A stretch of DNA of 64,000 nucleotides from a virus. The notes beneath the pieces are model-generated. The model was not told the DNA's origin. It worked only from the letters and a program-made list of their open reading frames with translations, and ran no database searches. Location: the IMG/VR virus record IMGVR_UViG_3300021961_000019; one strand, 5' to 3'. Shown in pieces: positions 56,501-64,000 of this stretch. The translations under genes were made by a program, and so were the position numbers. Position 1 is the stretch's first letter, and the number at the start of each line of letters is the position of its first letter.

Positions 56501-58390
56501 TGTAAACTCGGTGCCATCAGGAGATACTGATAGAACCTTATTATAAATTTGATCTCCGGTAAATGTTGAAGATGGGTATGAAATAATATCTCCAGGTTTT
56601 ACAATACCAGTATAGGTGTTTTCCAATCCTGACGTGATGGTTGAGATATTGCCAACACCAAGAGTGATTTGGAAAGTTGTGCCTGGCTTAGCAATATAGG
56701 ATCTCTTATTCAGAAGGAGGTCAGCATTAAATGTTGAAATTCCACTATTTGTATATACAGACTTGATATCATTAATACTATAATCTGTGGAATTGGCAAT
56801 TAGTCTACCATCATCAACACCATTAATGATGATCTGCTCATTATCTAAGAAAGATCCATTGATTTCATAAAGTGTCAACTCGGTAGAAGCTGTTACATCA
56901 CTTACCAAATAACCACCAGCTTGACTCTTTTTACCAACAATACGTGCTGGAGCACTTAATGTAATTGGTGTGGTTAGAGTAATTTTGGTATAAGTTTGAA
57001 TATCAATTAATCTCAGATCCAGTCTACTCTCATCATTCACATAATCTGTTTCTGGAATGAAATCAAATACTCTTGCAATACCAATTGTTGTTCCTGTAGC
57101 AACATGTGCAGATCCACCAATTCGGGAATCCATTAAACTAATAGTTGCTGTTGTTCCCAAACCTACCGCAGGAGAACCATACGCATTGTGAACGATGAAT
57201 AAATTACCACCATTAAAACTGATCGCTTGATCGCTGATAGTTCTTGTCGTTCTTGCCTTTGGAACATCCAATAGACGTGCGGAGATAGTCTCTACGTCAT
57301 ATCCACTTACATATGCTTTTCCGGGACCAATCTGATACACCATTTGATCTTCACTTGGTGTATTTCCATTGACAGTCGTTTGACCTTCAAAGTATACTCC
57401 ATTTACTCTAGCTCTATCGTTGATACTTTCTCTTACGATAAAACTGAATGGCTTTACGAAATAATTTCCAGACTCATCATATGTTCTTCTTGCCAACTCA
57501 TCTCTAATGAGATTGTATTGCGCATTCTTCTCAAAGAACTGTGGTTGACCATCATCAACGCGCATGACCTCAACAAAACTATCTGTGTCGAGATCAGTTA
57601 GTTCCCTCTTTGATAATTCGAGCTCTAATTTAAAACGATCAGCACCGGGAGCGGCATAGTTAGAGTATCCCTGTGCATTATCGAACAGAGAATTATCTTC
57701 TCCTGCGGTCACAACGGATTCAATTACATTAAAACCAACCTTATATGATGGTCTAGTTCCATATTGGTCGAGCAAAATTCTTTGCTCTGCAACACGCGCA
57801 AAGAAACCTCTCACAAAGTATGTTCCGCTTGCAACAATTACAGATGAACCCTCTGAGGTTGCATCTGTGGAAATTGTGTCACAAACTCCTTGCCCAACAG
57901 GAATTGTGGAATTTCCGAATGTCAGTGCTGTCTCCAATAAAAGAGTTTCGCCACTGGCAAATGTTTTTATTGTAAAATCTGACCCACCACTTTCAAGATA
58001 TCTCACATAGATGGTATTTGTTCCTCTTTCAGACTCTGATGCCTTGAGAACGTAATATACCTCAGCCGTAACACCTGTGGTTGCTCCTCTAAGTTTTTTA
58101 CCTAAAAGATTCTCAAAATATAATGAAATTGGAGTGCCATTATACGAATCATTCAGTTCAACCGCGTTTATTGGGTTGTCATAACGCAATTGACCGGGAA
58201 TTACTACAGACCCTTCCTTAAAGATGTGCTTTCCAAACTGTTCAGTCTGATTCTGAAGCATCGACTGAAGGGTTGTTAGTTCCCTCGCCTGAATGGGAAC
58301 CCCAGGATTGAATAGAACCTTGTAATAATTATTACTAGGATCAAAATCATCAAAATATGGCGAAACGTTGAGATTAGATTCTTGGGGCAT
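50582..58390 (-). CDS. Very large baseplate/virion structural protein (2602 aa)
   Basis: NLNVSPYFDDFD...YYKVLF.PG..IQARELTTLQS.LQ.Q, APGADR, RRTYDESGNY, DPLAQSF; follows g8. Confidence 0.85.
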   Translation of the reverse strand: MPQESNLNVSPYFDDFDPSNNYYKVLFNPGVPIQARELTTLQSMLQNQTEQFGKHIFKEGSVVIPGQLRYDNPINAVELNDSYNGTPISLYFENLLGKKLRGATTGVTAEVYYVLKASESERGTNTIYVRYLESGGSDFTIKTFASGETLLLETALTFGNSTIPVGQGVCDTISTDATSEGSSVIVASGTYFVRGFFARVAEQRILLDQYGTRPSYKVGFNVIESVVTAGEDNSLFDNAQGYSNYAAPGADRFKLELELSKRELTDLDTDSFVEVMRVDDGQPQFFEKNAQYNLIRDELARRTYDESGNYFVKPFSFIVRESINDRARVNGVYFEGQTTVNGNTPSEDQMVYQIGPGKAYVSGYDVETISARLLDVPKARTTRTISDQAISFNGGNLFIVHNAYGSPAVGLGTTATISLMDSRIGGSAHVATGTTIGIARVFDFIPETDYVNDESRLDLRLIDIQTYTKITLTTPITLSAPARIVGKKSQAGGYLVSDVTASTELTLYEINGSFLDNEQIIINGVDDGRLIANSTDYSINDIKSVYTNSGISTFNADLLLNKRSYIAKPGTTFQITLGVGNISTITSGLENTYTGIVKPGDIISYPSSTFTGDQIYNKVLSVSPDGTEFTVTGVTTVSGICNGALPTSTRTVQNIIKRSPSVPLSSSLLTRLTANNVTSLSIEEGEVVQRRLYPNISVADNSLSITIDANDKDIYFESFDEDRFVITYSDGTIEPLRRDKFNLSANAKVLTFYGLTKTTAVADVITTVKNLKPNSKTKKLQKTSTLIVARSSNASSGIGTTTLNDGLTYSNIYGTRVQDAEICLNVPDVVRVLAVYESDDATDPSLPTLQLTSFTGVSNNNADFELGEWVVGSSSGATALVVARRDTDKLEYVYLNGFRFRENEVITGKDSTTQAVIIAISSGSKNITKNFSADTGQRDTIYDYGRITRKKNVIAPKGKLKIVFQNYKIDADDTGEFITANSYSEENYKHDVYLWNGSRLTDFIDIRPRVAEYLLSSTKSPFEFGARNFASDGQYSKYILAPDETLVTTITYYLGRIDRVFLNPNGQFEVSQGNPSDTPVPPPLKANALDIATVYIPPFVYNIPSVGIDMSTHKRYRMSDITLLERRVHRLEKYSTLNMLEQKTENFQIRDAETGLDRFKCGFFVDGFHNYDFQDTRNINFRSTVDKTTATLRPNHHTTMVDLQIGSQVIDGVSTVYDPTLDHSFVTDLGNVAIRKTGDLVTLSYNEVLYNEQPYATKTESVTPFLVRYWEGWIELHPPIDIWVEEREFVTHHLVQNTTTTVLPDENITITENVVVDAPVRTTPPRTRTTTRFTGLVVQNGPQRVVIGARTNSSGQRWAGIDVQNPPQRVTVGSGNVSDPGFANTDVPPTNANITSRRGVNVRNGDQRVFAGRETGTFTNGQNETTEFTTAIDVQNGSQQRVWIGATRTVETIPGEEIETRPTTTTTSNTVTTIIPEEIIVEESTETQTNSWTETIRFARSRNVEFDVKGLRPVSRFWSFFEGIDVNEYYTPKLLEIEMESGRFQVGETVTVDPHFTGGDIRFRLCTPNHKTGPHNNPAETYELIPYTQSAPPSDYSESSTFLNVDTRALQLPSETEYSGLVKPNMRLIGASSGAVAVVKSNIRLVSDNGGRLIGSLFIPDPAVQGNPQWINGENTFMVVDVPSLDLLGDRNQEFISNTKVSESSAEAEYMSGGTREITEINIITTRNITIIPARNRNVTTITNTTTHEPVPQEPRPVRNWPKGDPLAQSFYVPDDTGVFITSVDIYFETKDETIPVTFQLRPMIAGVPSQIVLPLSEVTLTPDQVSVSGDGSVATRFTLPSPVYLPGPRVQSVRQAPIGSQQTSQFAIVLQANSPNYRVFVAELGQNDIQTGIKLSEQPSLGSLFKSQNGSTWSPAQIEDLKYRINRASFVEEGLTRFYNPKLDLRNPVTTVVGPNQFRPLAKRTLVSIAETSGYVADVVPGVNIIQLDGTDTQVATGVLIGVAGSITTGTGVTVVNAGTGYTNGTFTNISLETETGYGQGAVADVVVTGNTINSVTITSAGFGYQVGDSLLVPELGQNVGFGGRVVVETIASNNSFLLDEVQGSFTVGLSTLRYRTSAGITTIVGAGVTVNSITEDQYYDGRHMKVYHSNHMMHSPENYMQMAEFRPSLTEVNTTTTAAIAAAESTSISIAATTGFDKFEGVDVSASNPGYVQIGNEVIGYTGLGGGKLTGITRGPSVDGSQAQSYVLGVPVYKYEFNGISIRRLNKIHNFAEVSNQHPIDLNSYHIKIDTSDVDYDGVGIGSDRSDLYWTSTIQGGRSGTILTNNIQYESVTPNIAHIIPAKTNLITRLRTFSATSVGGNEKSFEDGGFAEISLDDSTYFSTPRLLCSRVNEERFIDNSPGNRSLSFEFLLQTTDERVSPVLDTAQMGAILSTNLVNNPLGIGVDATYADDDTVRSLDKDKHSAIYISKPVRLKLPANSLKVLLTASRNNMNDIRVLYQLFRDDAPEASQNYEFFPGYSNYQVDGQGIKRVVDASRNDGTADSKITQTSDRSFRDYEYSVDDLPDFNGFAIKIVMASENQATPPILKDLRAIATLKPSA

Positions 58391-58396
58391 GATACT

Positions 58397-59956
58397 TTAG
58401 AATTGCAAAATTACTTTGATATCTTCTTTTTGATTAGCCGATCTTGTAATCGAAGGTCTATTGTCAACGTAAATGATATTACCAGAGTGGGGTTTTACCT
58501 CGGGATCAGATAAACCACTTACGAAAGTTTGACCAAGATAATATGTCTTATTATTTATCACCGCACTGGCACCGTTAAATGTGGTGTCAATGTCAAAATA
58601 TGTGATTCCATCTTCCTGGTAAATCTTGGTATCACCGCCAGTTGCAATTGCAGTTGTAAATCCAGCTAGATTAAATCCATATGCTGGCGATGAATTTTGT
58701 GACCCATCTGTATTAAAACCAACTAAGGTTCTATCTTGCCAATACTTCAAAATGCCCGTTGCTTGTTCATATGCAACAACTCTTCCCACTGCAGTCTGTC
58801 CAGTGCCCACAGTCTGAGTGATGAAACTATCTCCAGCAAATACTGCTGAACTATAACCAGCACCTGTCAATTTGATTGCTCCTAATGCAGATGCTTTCTC
58901 AGATGTTAAAACTGTTGATGAATTGTATGCCTGTGGAGACTCTACAATACCAATTCTTGCAATTTGGTTTCCTGTAATAAAGTCTGGATTTTGAATATCG
59001 TTAGAAATTCTGGAATAAATCAGAACATTATATGCACCCAATTCTCTATAAATGTCCGCACCGTGTCCACCAGATGGAGGAATAACCACTTCAAATTCCG
59101 GATTTGTTGTTCCGGTGGGAACTCCACCAGCAACTAGATCAACCGTCCCATAAGTATATCCTGAACCACCATCTGAAATAACAATTCTTTCTACTGTGGA
59201 ATCATTATTAATAACAATAGTTGCTTTAGCACCCGCACCATCACCATTAATGGGAACATCCGAATATGTTACATTTGGACTTCCAAGTGCAACGCCACGG
59301 TTCTTAATTAGAATGGTTTTTAGTTGACCACTAGTTTCTGCATTCTCTCTAACTGCTGCATTATCTGCACTTGTTGTCCAATCCTTTGGAACTGGAATGA
59401 AGTTTAGGGAGTCAAATTTTACAATATCTGTTGGATTGATTGTATAAAGATACTTCCAAATATATCCGTCACCGCTATTACCAGCAGATCTTGGTTCCAA
59501 ATCTGTGAATTTTGGTTCATCAAGAGATGGTCTACCTTGACTATTTTCTGGATCCTGTCCGTTGTTCAAACAGATATAAACTCGAAAATCGCTATTAATT
59601 ACATAAAAGTTTGACGTATATAAGCTAGTCGCCCCTGAAGGTTCTGATGGATTGGTTCTGCTGATATTATGACGATATATGTCATAAGTAACACCAGAAG
59701 TCCATTCATTTTTCCTGATGACTTGCTTAATGTCTTCAGGTTTAATTTTAATCATGGACACCATAGTATCCCAGTAATTATTTTCTTCGTCAAAACTATC
59801 TTTCGGAGCGGGAGGTGCAGTATCCCAATTCGATTGAACGTCAGTTGCGTTGGGTAATCCAACAAAAACATAATAAGCATTATCCGAAGACGAAACTTCA
59901 CTAATGAAAGTCTTCGCATTCAAAATTCTTAGTTGGTCAGTGATGATCGCAGACAT
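58397..59956 (-). CDS. g8: Baseplate wedge subunit gp8
   Basis: AIITDQLRILNA, W..G..YD.Y, YV.NSDFRVYIC, DGYIWKYLYTI, GGHG.D...ELGA, EDIKVILQF. Confidence 0.9.
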   Translation of the reverse strand: MSAIITDQLRILNAKTFISEVSSSDNAYYVFVGLPNATDVQSNWDTAPPAPKDSFDEENNYWDTMVSMIKIKPEDIKQVIRKNEWTSGVTYDIYRHNISRTNPSEPSGATSLYTSNFYVINSDFRVYICLNNGQDPENSQGRPSLDEPKFTDLEPRSAGNSGDGYIWKYLYTINPTDIVKFDSLNFIPVPKDWTTSADNAAVRENAETSGQLKTILIKNRGVALGSPNVTYSDVPINGDGAGAKATIVINNDSTVERIVISDGGSGYTYGTVDLVAGGVPTGTTNPEFEVVIPPSGGHGADIYRELGAYNVLIYSRISNDIQNPDFITGNQIARIGIVESPQAYNSSTVLTSEKASALGAIKLTGAGYSSAVFAGDSFITQTVGTGQTAVGRVVAYEQATGILKYWQDRTLVGFNTDGSQNSSPAYGFNLAGFTTAIATGGDTKIYQEDGITYFDIDTTFNGASAVINNKTYYLGQTFVSGLSDPEVKPHSGNIIYVDNRPSITRSANQKEDIKVILQF

Positions 59957-59987
59957 TATTCAACAGTTTTTTATCTATTTATCAACT

Positions 59988-62900
59988 TCATTCATACCCC
60001 TTAAATCTAAGATTATTGTATCTTCTCAATACTGGATAGGTATTTTCATCGGTAGTTGTTGTATTTCTAACTACTGCTGTGTGAGTGACCTTGGAATATG
60101 GAGTCAAATCAACTCCACTCTCTACCTGCACACCCCAGACCGCAAAGATGCAATTGTTGGAGTTTTCGTTGTAGACGACAAAGTTGTGTGCAGTAGACGC
60201 TCCAGCGTTGAATGTAAACGATGCTCTATACCAACCATCACTTTGTGGGACTAGAGTTTCATTAAATGTTGTTCCGGTCTTATTTGTGATTGTTGGAATT
60301 ACGGCGTCGAAGTTGACTGATACTGATGCGGTAGTTCCGGTTGTGGATCCAAAGTATATTGCCAAAGTGCCTAGGTCTGGTTTGATGTAAACACTATATG
60401 TGTAATCTGTTCCGGAAGCAAGAACTGCGGTTGAATTTAGCAGTCCAGTATCTGCGGCAGTTGTTGTAATTTCTGCACCGTATGTTTGTGAGAATGGTGC
60501 CAACTGTGATGTATAATCAAGTGTTACTCCACCTGTATTTGTCCATCCAGATTCAAATTCACTATACGTGAGGAGATTTTCTCCTCTATATGCACCAATA
60601 TTTTTCTTAAGAACCCTATCTAAGTTAAACAGTCTTCCCCATGAATATTGTCCATAGTAAGTGCTATGAGCGATTCCAGATAGGAAATCGTCATAGTTGG
60701 AGACCTTAGTTGTAACTTTAGCAACCCAAGTCAATCCAAGTCCAACTGCTTCTGTTTGTGCGATAGAAACTGCCTCTGCCTTAAAGATATTGTTGATAAA
60801 TGTTGTTCCAATTCCGAGTGGGGAATCGTCACTTTCCAAGGAAATAATTGTATCACCAATATTTGACTCGTGAAGCACGAAGTAATATCCTGTTTGAATT
60901 CCACTAATTCCTGTTGTTGCAACACCAACAACGCCATTCACATATGTATCGCGAAGGAAAGAATTTTCTGGAATTACGAAGTCAAAGACTAATCCAGTTG
61001 TAACACCAGTATATGATGTTGTTCCAATTCCAGAAATAATTCCAAAATCTCCTTCATACGACACAGACATCAATTCTTTGTTGATAGATGGTTCTTCAAA
61101 GATAATTGGTGGTGCAAGAACTCCAGAAACCTCAAGAGTTAATGCGCTACTGAGAATTAAATCTGCACCTTCATAATTGACAACTTTAACAACGAGTTGA
61201 TCATCTTCATGGTAGTTGTATCCACCACGAACAATTTCAACGTCAAGCAAACTGCCATTTAGAATAGTGACATTGGCCAAAGCGTTTGAACCATCGCTAA
61301 ATTTATTTCTCAATCTTACATTTGAGAATGTATATGCGAGACCAGTATTTGGCCAACCAGTTCCAGAATCTAGAACCACCAGACTTTCTATTGGTGAGTT
61401 TGAATACCCAATACCAGCGTTGGTGATGAATGTGCTTGCGATTGTTCCGGAGGTTGTGACACCAACTGTTGCAGTTGCCCTATCCTCAGTTCCAATACCA
61501 GCACTAATACCAACTGAAATTTCTGGACTTTGATCATTATCATATCCAACACCGCCATTTGTTATGGTAATGTTGGTCACAGATCCAATACCTGAAGATA
61601 TTGTGCAGGTTCCTGCAGCAGCAACAACATACTTGTGCTCATGAATCAATACATCATGTTGATTCTCCTGAAGAACTGCAGGATATTCCTTATCGTGGTC
61701 AAAGAAAGTCTTGACATTATCAACAAAAATCTCAGTAGATGCTATAGAAACGTCCTTGATGATTCTTGTAGTTGGGAAAATATTTGCCTCATAAAGCTCC
61801 CTATCCTTACCAACTTCTTCTCCATTCAGAATCAAGTCAACAGTCTGCCTTGTCCAGTTGAGGGGTCTTTCATATGTTTCGTCGGGGTTGATTCCAGCAC
61901 CAAAATAGATATTTGTTGTAACAGCATCTGTTGAAACAATATCCGTGACAAGTCTGGTTTCTTCCTGATAAATGATGTTTCCATCATTCAGGATTACCTT
62001 ATCTCCAACCTTAATGCTGTCGAGGACTTCAACATCAATAGTATCAATCTCAGATGTTCCCCTATAGAATATGATTGAACAGTTATCACCAAATCTTGGG
62101 GCAGTTGAGAACCTAATAGTTGAACCACCATCAAATGTATATGCGTCTCCTGGGACCTGTAAGACGTTGTTGAGGAACACTAGGAGTAGTGCGTCCTCGC
62201 GAACGTCAGAACCGGTTCTAGAGCGAATACTGGTTCTTTCACCATTGATTGAAAGTGGGAAATTAACATCAACGTTGTTGAAAAGTGAATCAATAGAATC
62301 CAATACTTGAAGATCGCCAATTGACCACCCAGCAAACTCATCAGATGCGATTGCTTCAACCGTAATTTGGAATTCTGAGAACGAATAAGACGTATCAGTT
62401 GGAATTCCGGTAAGTCCTCCAATAGGTACAGTTAGAACCTCTTCATTGCCATATGCATATCCAAAGTTCTTAATTTCAAAGCTGATTACGCTGGAACCCT
62501 GCCCAACAACAATATCAATTGTTGCCTCCGTCCCAATACCAGTTGTCGGTGATGATGCTGAATACTGAAGAGGAATGTTGCTATAGTGAAGAGGTGCGTC
62601 AAAAATTACAAGTGGTTCATTTGTATTTGTATATCCAGATCCTGGATTTGTGATGACATAATCTGTAGAAATTCTACCAGCAACGATTGTTGTGAATCCA
62701 ATAAATTCATAATTGCCAATATTTGTTTGGGCAACACCAATATTAACAATACCAGCGGTTGGATTGTTTAGATTGATATGCGCAGTAGAACCAGATTCAA
62801 TTGCAATTGCTGGAACATCACCAGACCCAACTGTAACGAATGTATCGCCAACGCTGACAATTGATACGTCAGTTAATGCAGAACCAACGCTAATTGTGTT

Positions 62901-64000
62901 TGATGATGAGTATGCGAGTTTGTTGAGAACAGCGCCGGTATTTGCAACATAAATTACTGTTGTCCCAAGACCAACGGGATGATTGATCGTTGTTACCAAC
63001 TCATATTCAGAACTTGCTCTATATCCCCCACCAGTATTTCCGATGGATAGACTTGAAATTGTTCCAAGTCCGGAAACAGTCGCAGTTGCGCCAGCAGAAA
63101 TGCGAGGTTGATATCCAAGACCCTCTACTGTAGCAACAGAAACTATTACACCACCTCTTGGTAATTGTGTTGAATTTACATCATAACTTGTTGCTGTAGT
63201 ATCACCAGTAAAGGTAATTGTTGTAATTCCAGAAACTTCAGATAGAGAATAGTCAATATTCTGCGGACTCTGGAAAACGCTATTGATCAATACAATTGCA
63301 TTACTGGTAGAAATTCCAGTAACATCAACTCTATTGCTTTGGAGATTGAATTGGCTAGAGATTCCATTAAATTGCTGGTTAAGTGAATCAAATACAACGT
63401 TGGTCGCATAAGGTTCTTCAGTTCCACCAGGAATACCAGATCTCAAGAAAGATCTACCACTAAAGGAAGAGCGAACATCATATCCAAAATAATCTTGCTC
63501 ATCAGATCTTAATCCAGTAAGATCTACGTTTCCATATGGCGGTGTTGCAAAGTAAATGCTATTATTACTAATATTGTAATTACCATAAACCTTTCTAATA
63601 ATCGATGTTGCTGTGTGTAGACCAGCAGTTGAACCCAATTGTGACCTTCTAACAAGAAGATCGCTTGTGATTCCAAGATAACCAACTGCCCTAATCAGAA
63701 TGATTTCATTACCAATTTGAGCATAATCACCAGCGAAGAACGATGAAATTCCAGTAAGAGTAATAACTTCTGCTCCAAGGTTTGCTGGAACTTCAAGAGA
63801 TGATGTAATCGCTGTTGAAACTACTGGAGATTGAATCACATTATCAATTGTAATCAGACATCTACTATTCTGCTTTTTGGAAGTTAGATAGTGTTCAGTT
63901 CCAATTCCCGACGTGTTGGAAATTGTTAGATTTGTGAATGCGAGTGCATCTTGTGCGGATGCAGCAAACTGGAACGTGGAATTATCATTCTTAATAATAT
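59988..64000 (-). CDS. Large baseplate wedge protein (gp7-like), partial, frame open past right edge
   Basis: Frame reads through the ORF-track GTG start (...HYLTSKKQNSRCLITIDNVIQSP...); I....G.GY repeats, FNG....F.L modules; directly upstream of g8. Confidence 0.75.
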   Translation of the reverse strand, partial: IIKNDNSTFQFAASAQDALAFTNLTISNTSGIGTEHYLTSKKQNSRCLITIDNVIQSPVVSTAITSSLEVPANLGAEVITLTGISSFFAGDYAQIGNEIILIRAVGYLGITSDLLVRRSQLGSTAGLHTATSIIRKVYGNYNISNNSIYFATPPYGNVDLTGLRSDEQDYFGYDVRSSFSGRSFLRSGIPGGTEEPYATNVVFDSLNQQFNGISSQFNLQSNRVDVTGISTSNAIVLINSVFQSPQNIDYSLSEVSGITTITFTGDTTATSYDVNSTQLPRGGVIVSVATVEGLGYQPRISAGATATVSGLGTISSLSIGNTGGGYRASSEYELVTTINHPVGLGTTVIYVANTGAVLNKLAYSSSNTISVGSALTDVSIVSVGDTFVTVGSGDVPAIAIESGSTAHINLNNPTAGIVNIGVAQTNIGNYEFIGFTTIVAGRISTDYVITNPGSGYTNTNEPLVIFDAPLHYSNIPLQYSASSPTTGIGTEATIDIVVGQGSSVISFEIKNFGYAYGNEEVLTVPIGGLTGIPTDTSYSFSEFQITVEAIASDEFAGWSIGDLQVLDSIDSLFNNVDVNFPLSINGERTSIRSRTGSDVREDALLLVFLNNVLQVPGDAYTFDGGSTIRFSTAPRFGDNCSIIFYRGTSEIDTIDVEVLDSIKVGDKVILNDGNIIYQEETRLVTDIVSTDAVTTNIYFGAGINPDETYERPLNWTRQTVDLILNGEEVGKDRELYEANIFPTTRIIKDVSIASTEIFVDNVKTFFDHDKEYPAVLQENQHDVLIHEHKYVVAAAGTCTISSGIGSVTNITITNGGVGYDNDQSPEISVGISAGIGTEDRATATVGVTTSGTIASTFITNAGIGYSNSPIESLVVLDSGTGWPNTGLAYTFSNVRLRNKFSDGSNALANVTILNGSLLDVEIVRGGYNYHEDDQLVVKVVNYEGADLILSSALTLEVSGVLAPPIIFEEPSINKELMSVSYEGDFGIISGIGTTSYTGVTTGLVFDFVIPENSFLRDTYVNGVVGVATTGISGIQTGYYFVLHESNIGDTIISLESDDSPLGIGTTFINNIFKAEAVSIAQTEAVGLGLTWVAKVTTKVSNYDDFLSGIAHSTYYGQYSWGRLFNLDRVLKKNIGAYRGENLLTYSEFESGWTNTGGVTLDYTSQLAPFSQTYGAEITTTAADTGLLNSTAVLASGTDYTYSVYIKPDLGTLAIYFGSTTGTTASVSVNFDAVIPTITNKTGTTFNETLVPQSDGWYRASFTFNAGASTAHNFVVYNENSNNCIFAVWGVQVESGVDLTPYSKVTHTAVVRNTTTTDENTYPVLRRYNNLRFKGYE

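Noticed and set aside
1-64000. CRISPR array, tRNA, group I intron, intein, homing endonuclease, integrase
   Set aside because: No regularly spaced repeats or cloverleafs seen. Core genes (g17, g20, g23, uvsW, g46, g47) are uninterrupted and of normal length.

Overview
Core structural and replication region of a T4-like myovirus, most likely a cyanophage. The evidence is gene order and gene content (hsp20, regA, cobS-like ATPase with vWA partner, g16-g17 island); no photosynthesis genes are in the window. Almost all genes are on the minus strand. In transcription order (right to left): baseplate wedge proteins (partial gp7-like, gp8, a 2602-aa protein), neck/tail completion g13-g15, g16, a ~14 kb accessory island (fibre proteins, two glycosyltransferases, a Kelch-type propeller, a sulfotransferase, two 2OG-Fe(II) oxygenases), g17-g23, g3, uvsY, uvsW, g55, g47/g46, a vWA/AAA pair, g45/g44/g62, dam, regA and a partial hsp20. 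I found no tRNA, CRISPR array, intron, intein, integrase or reverse transcriptase. The most interesting signals: (1) a ROSE-like RNA-thermometer structure over the hsp20 ribosome-binding site; (2) a sigma70 promoter plus a 48-nt leader present twice, 17 kb apart, on the otherwise silent + strand; (3) a hydroxylase/glycosyltransferase/sulfotransferase cassette next to fibre genes; (4) two unannotated paralogous 28-29 aa membrane peptides behind late promoters after g23; (5) a dyad motif at fixed spacing from -10 boxes; (6) late-expressed modular proteins that look like internal head proteins. All protein assignments come from motif recognition and synteny by eye; no database searches were run.
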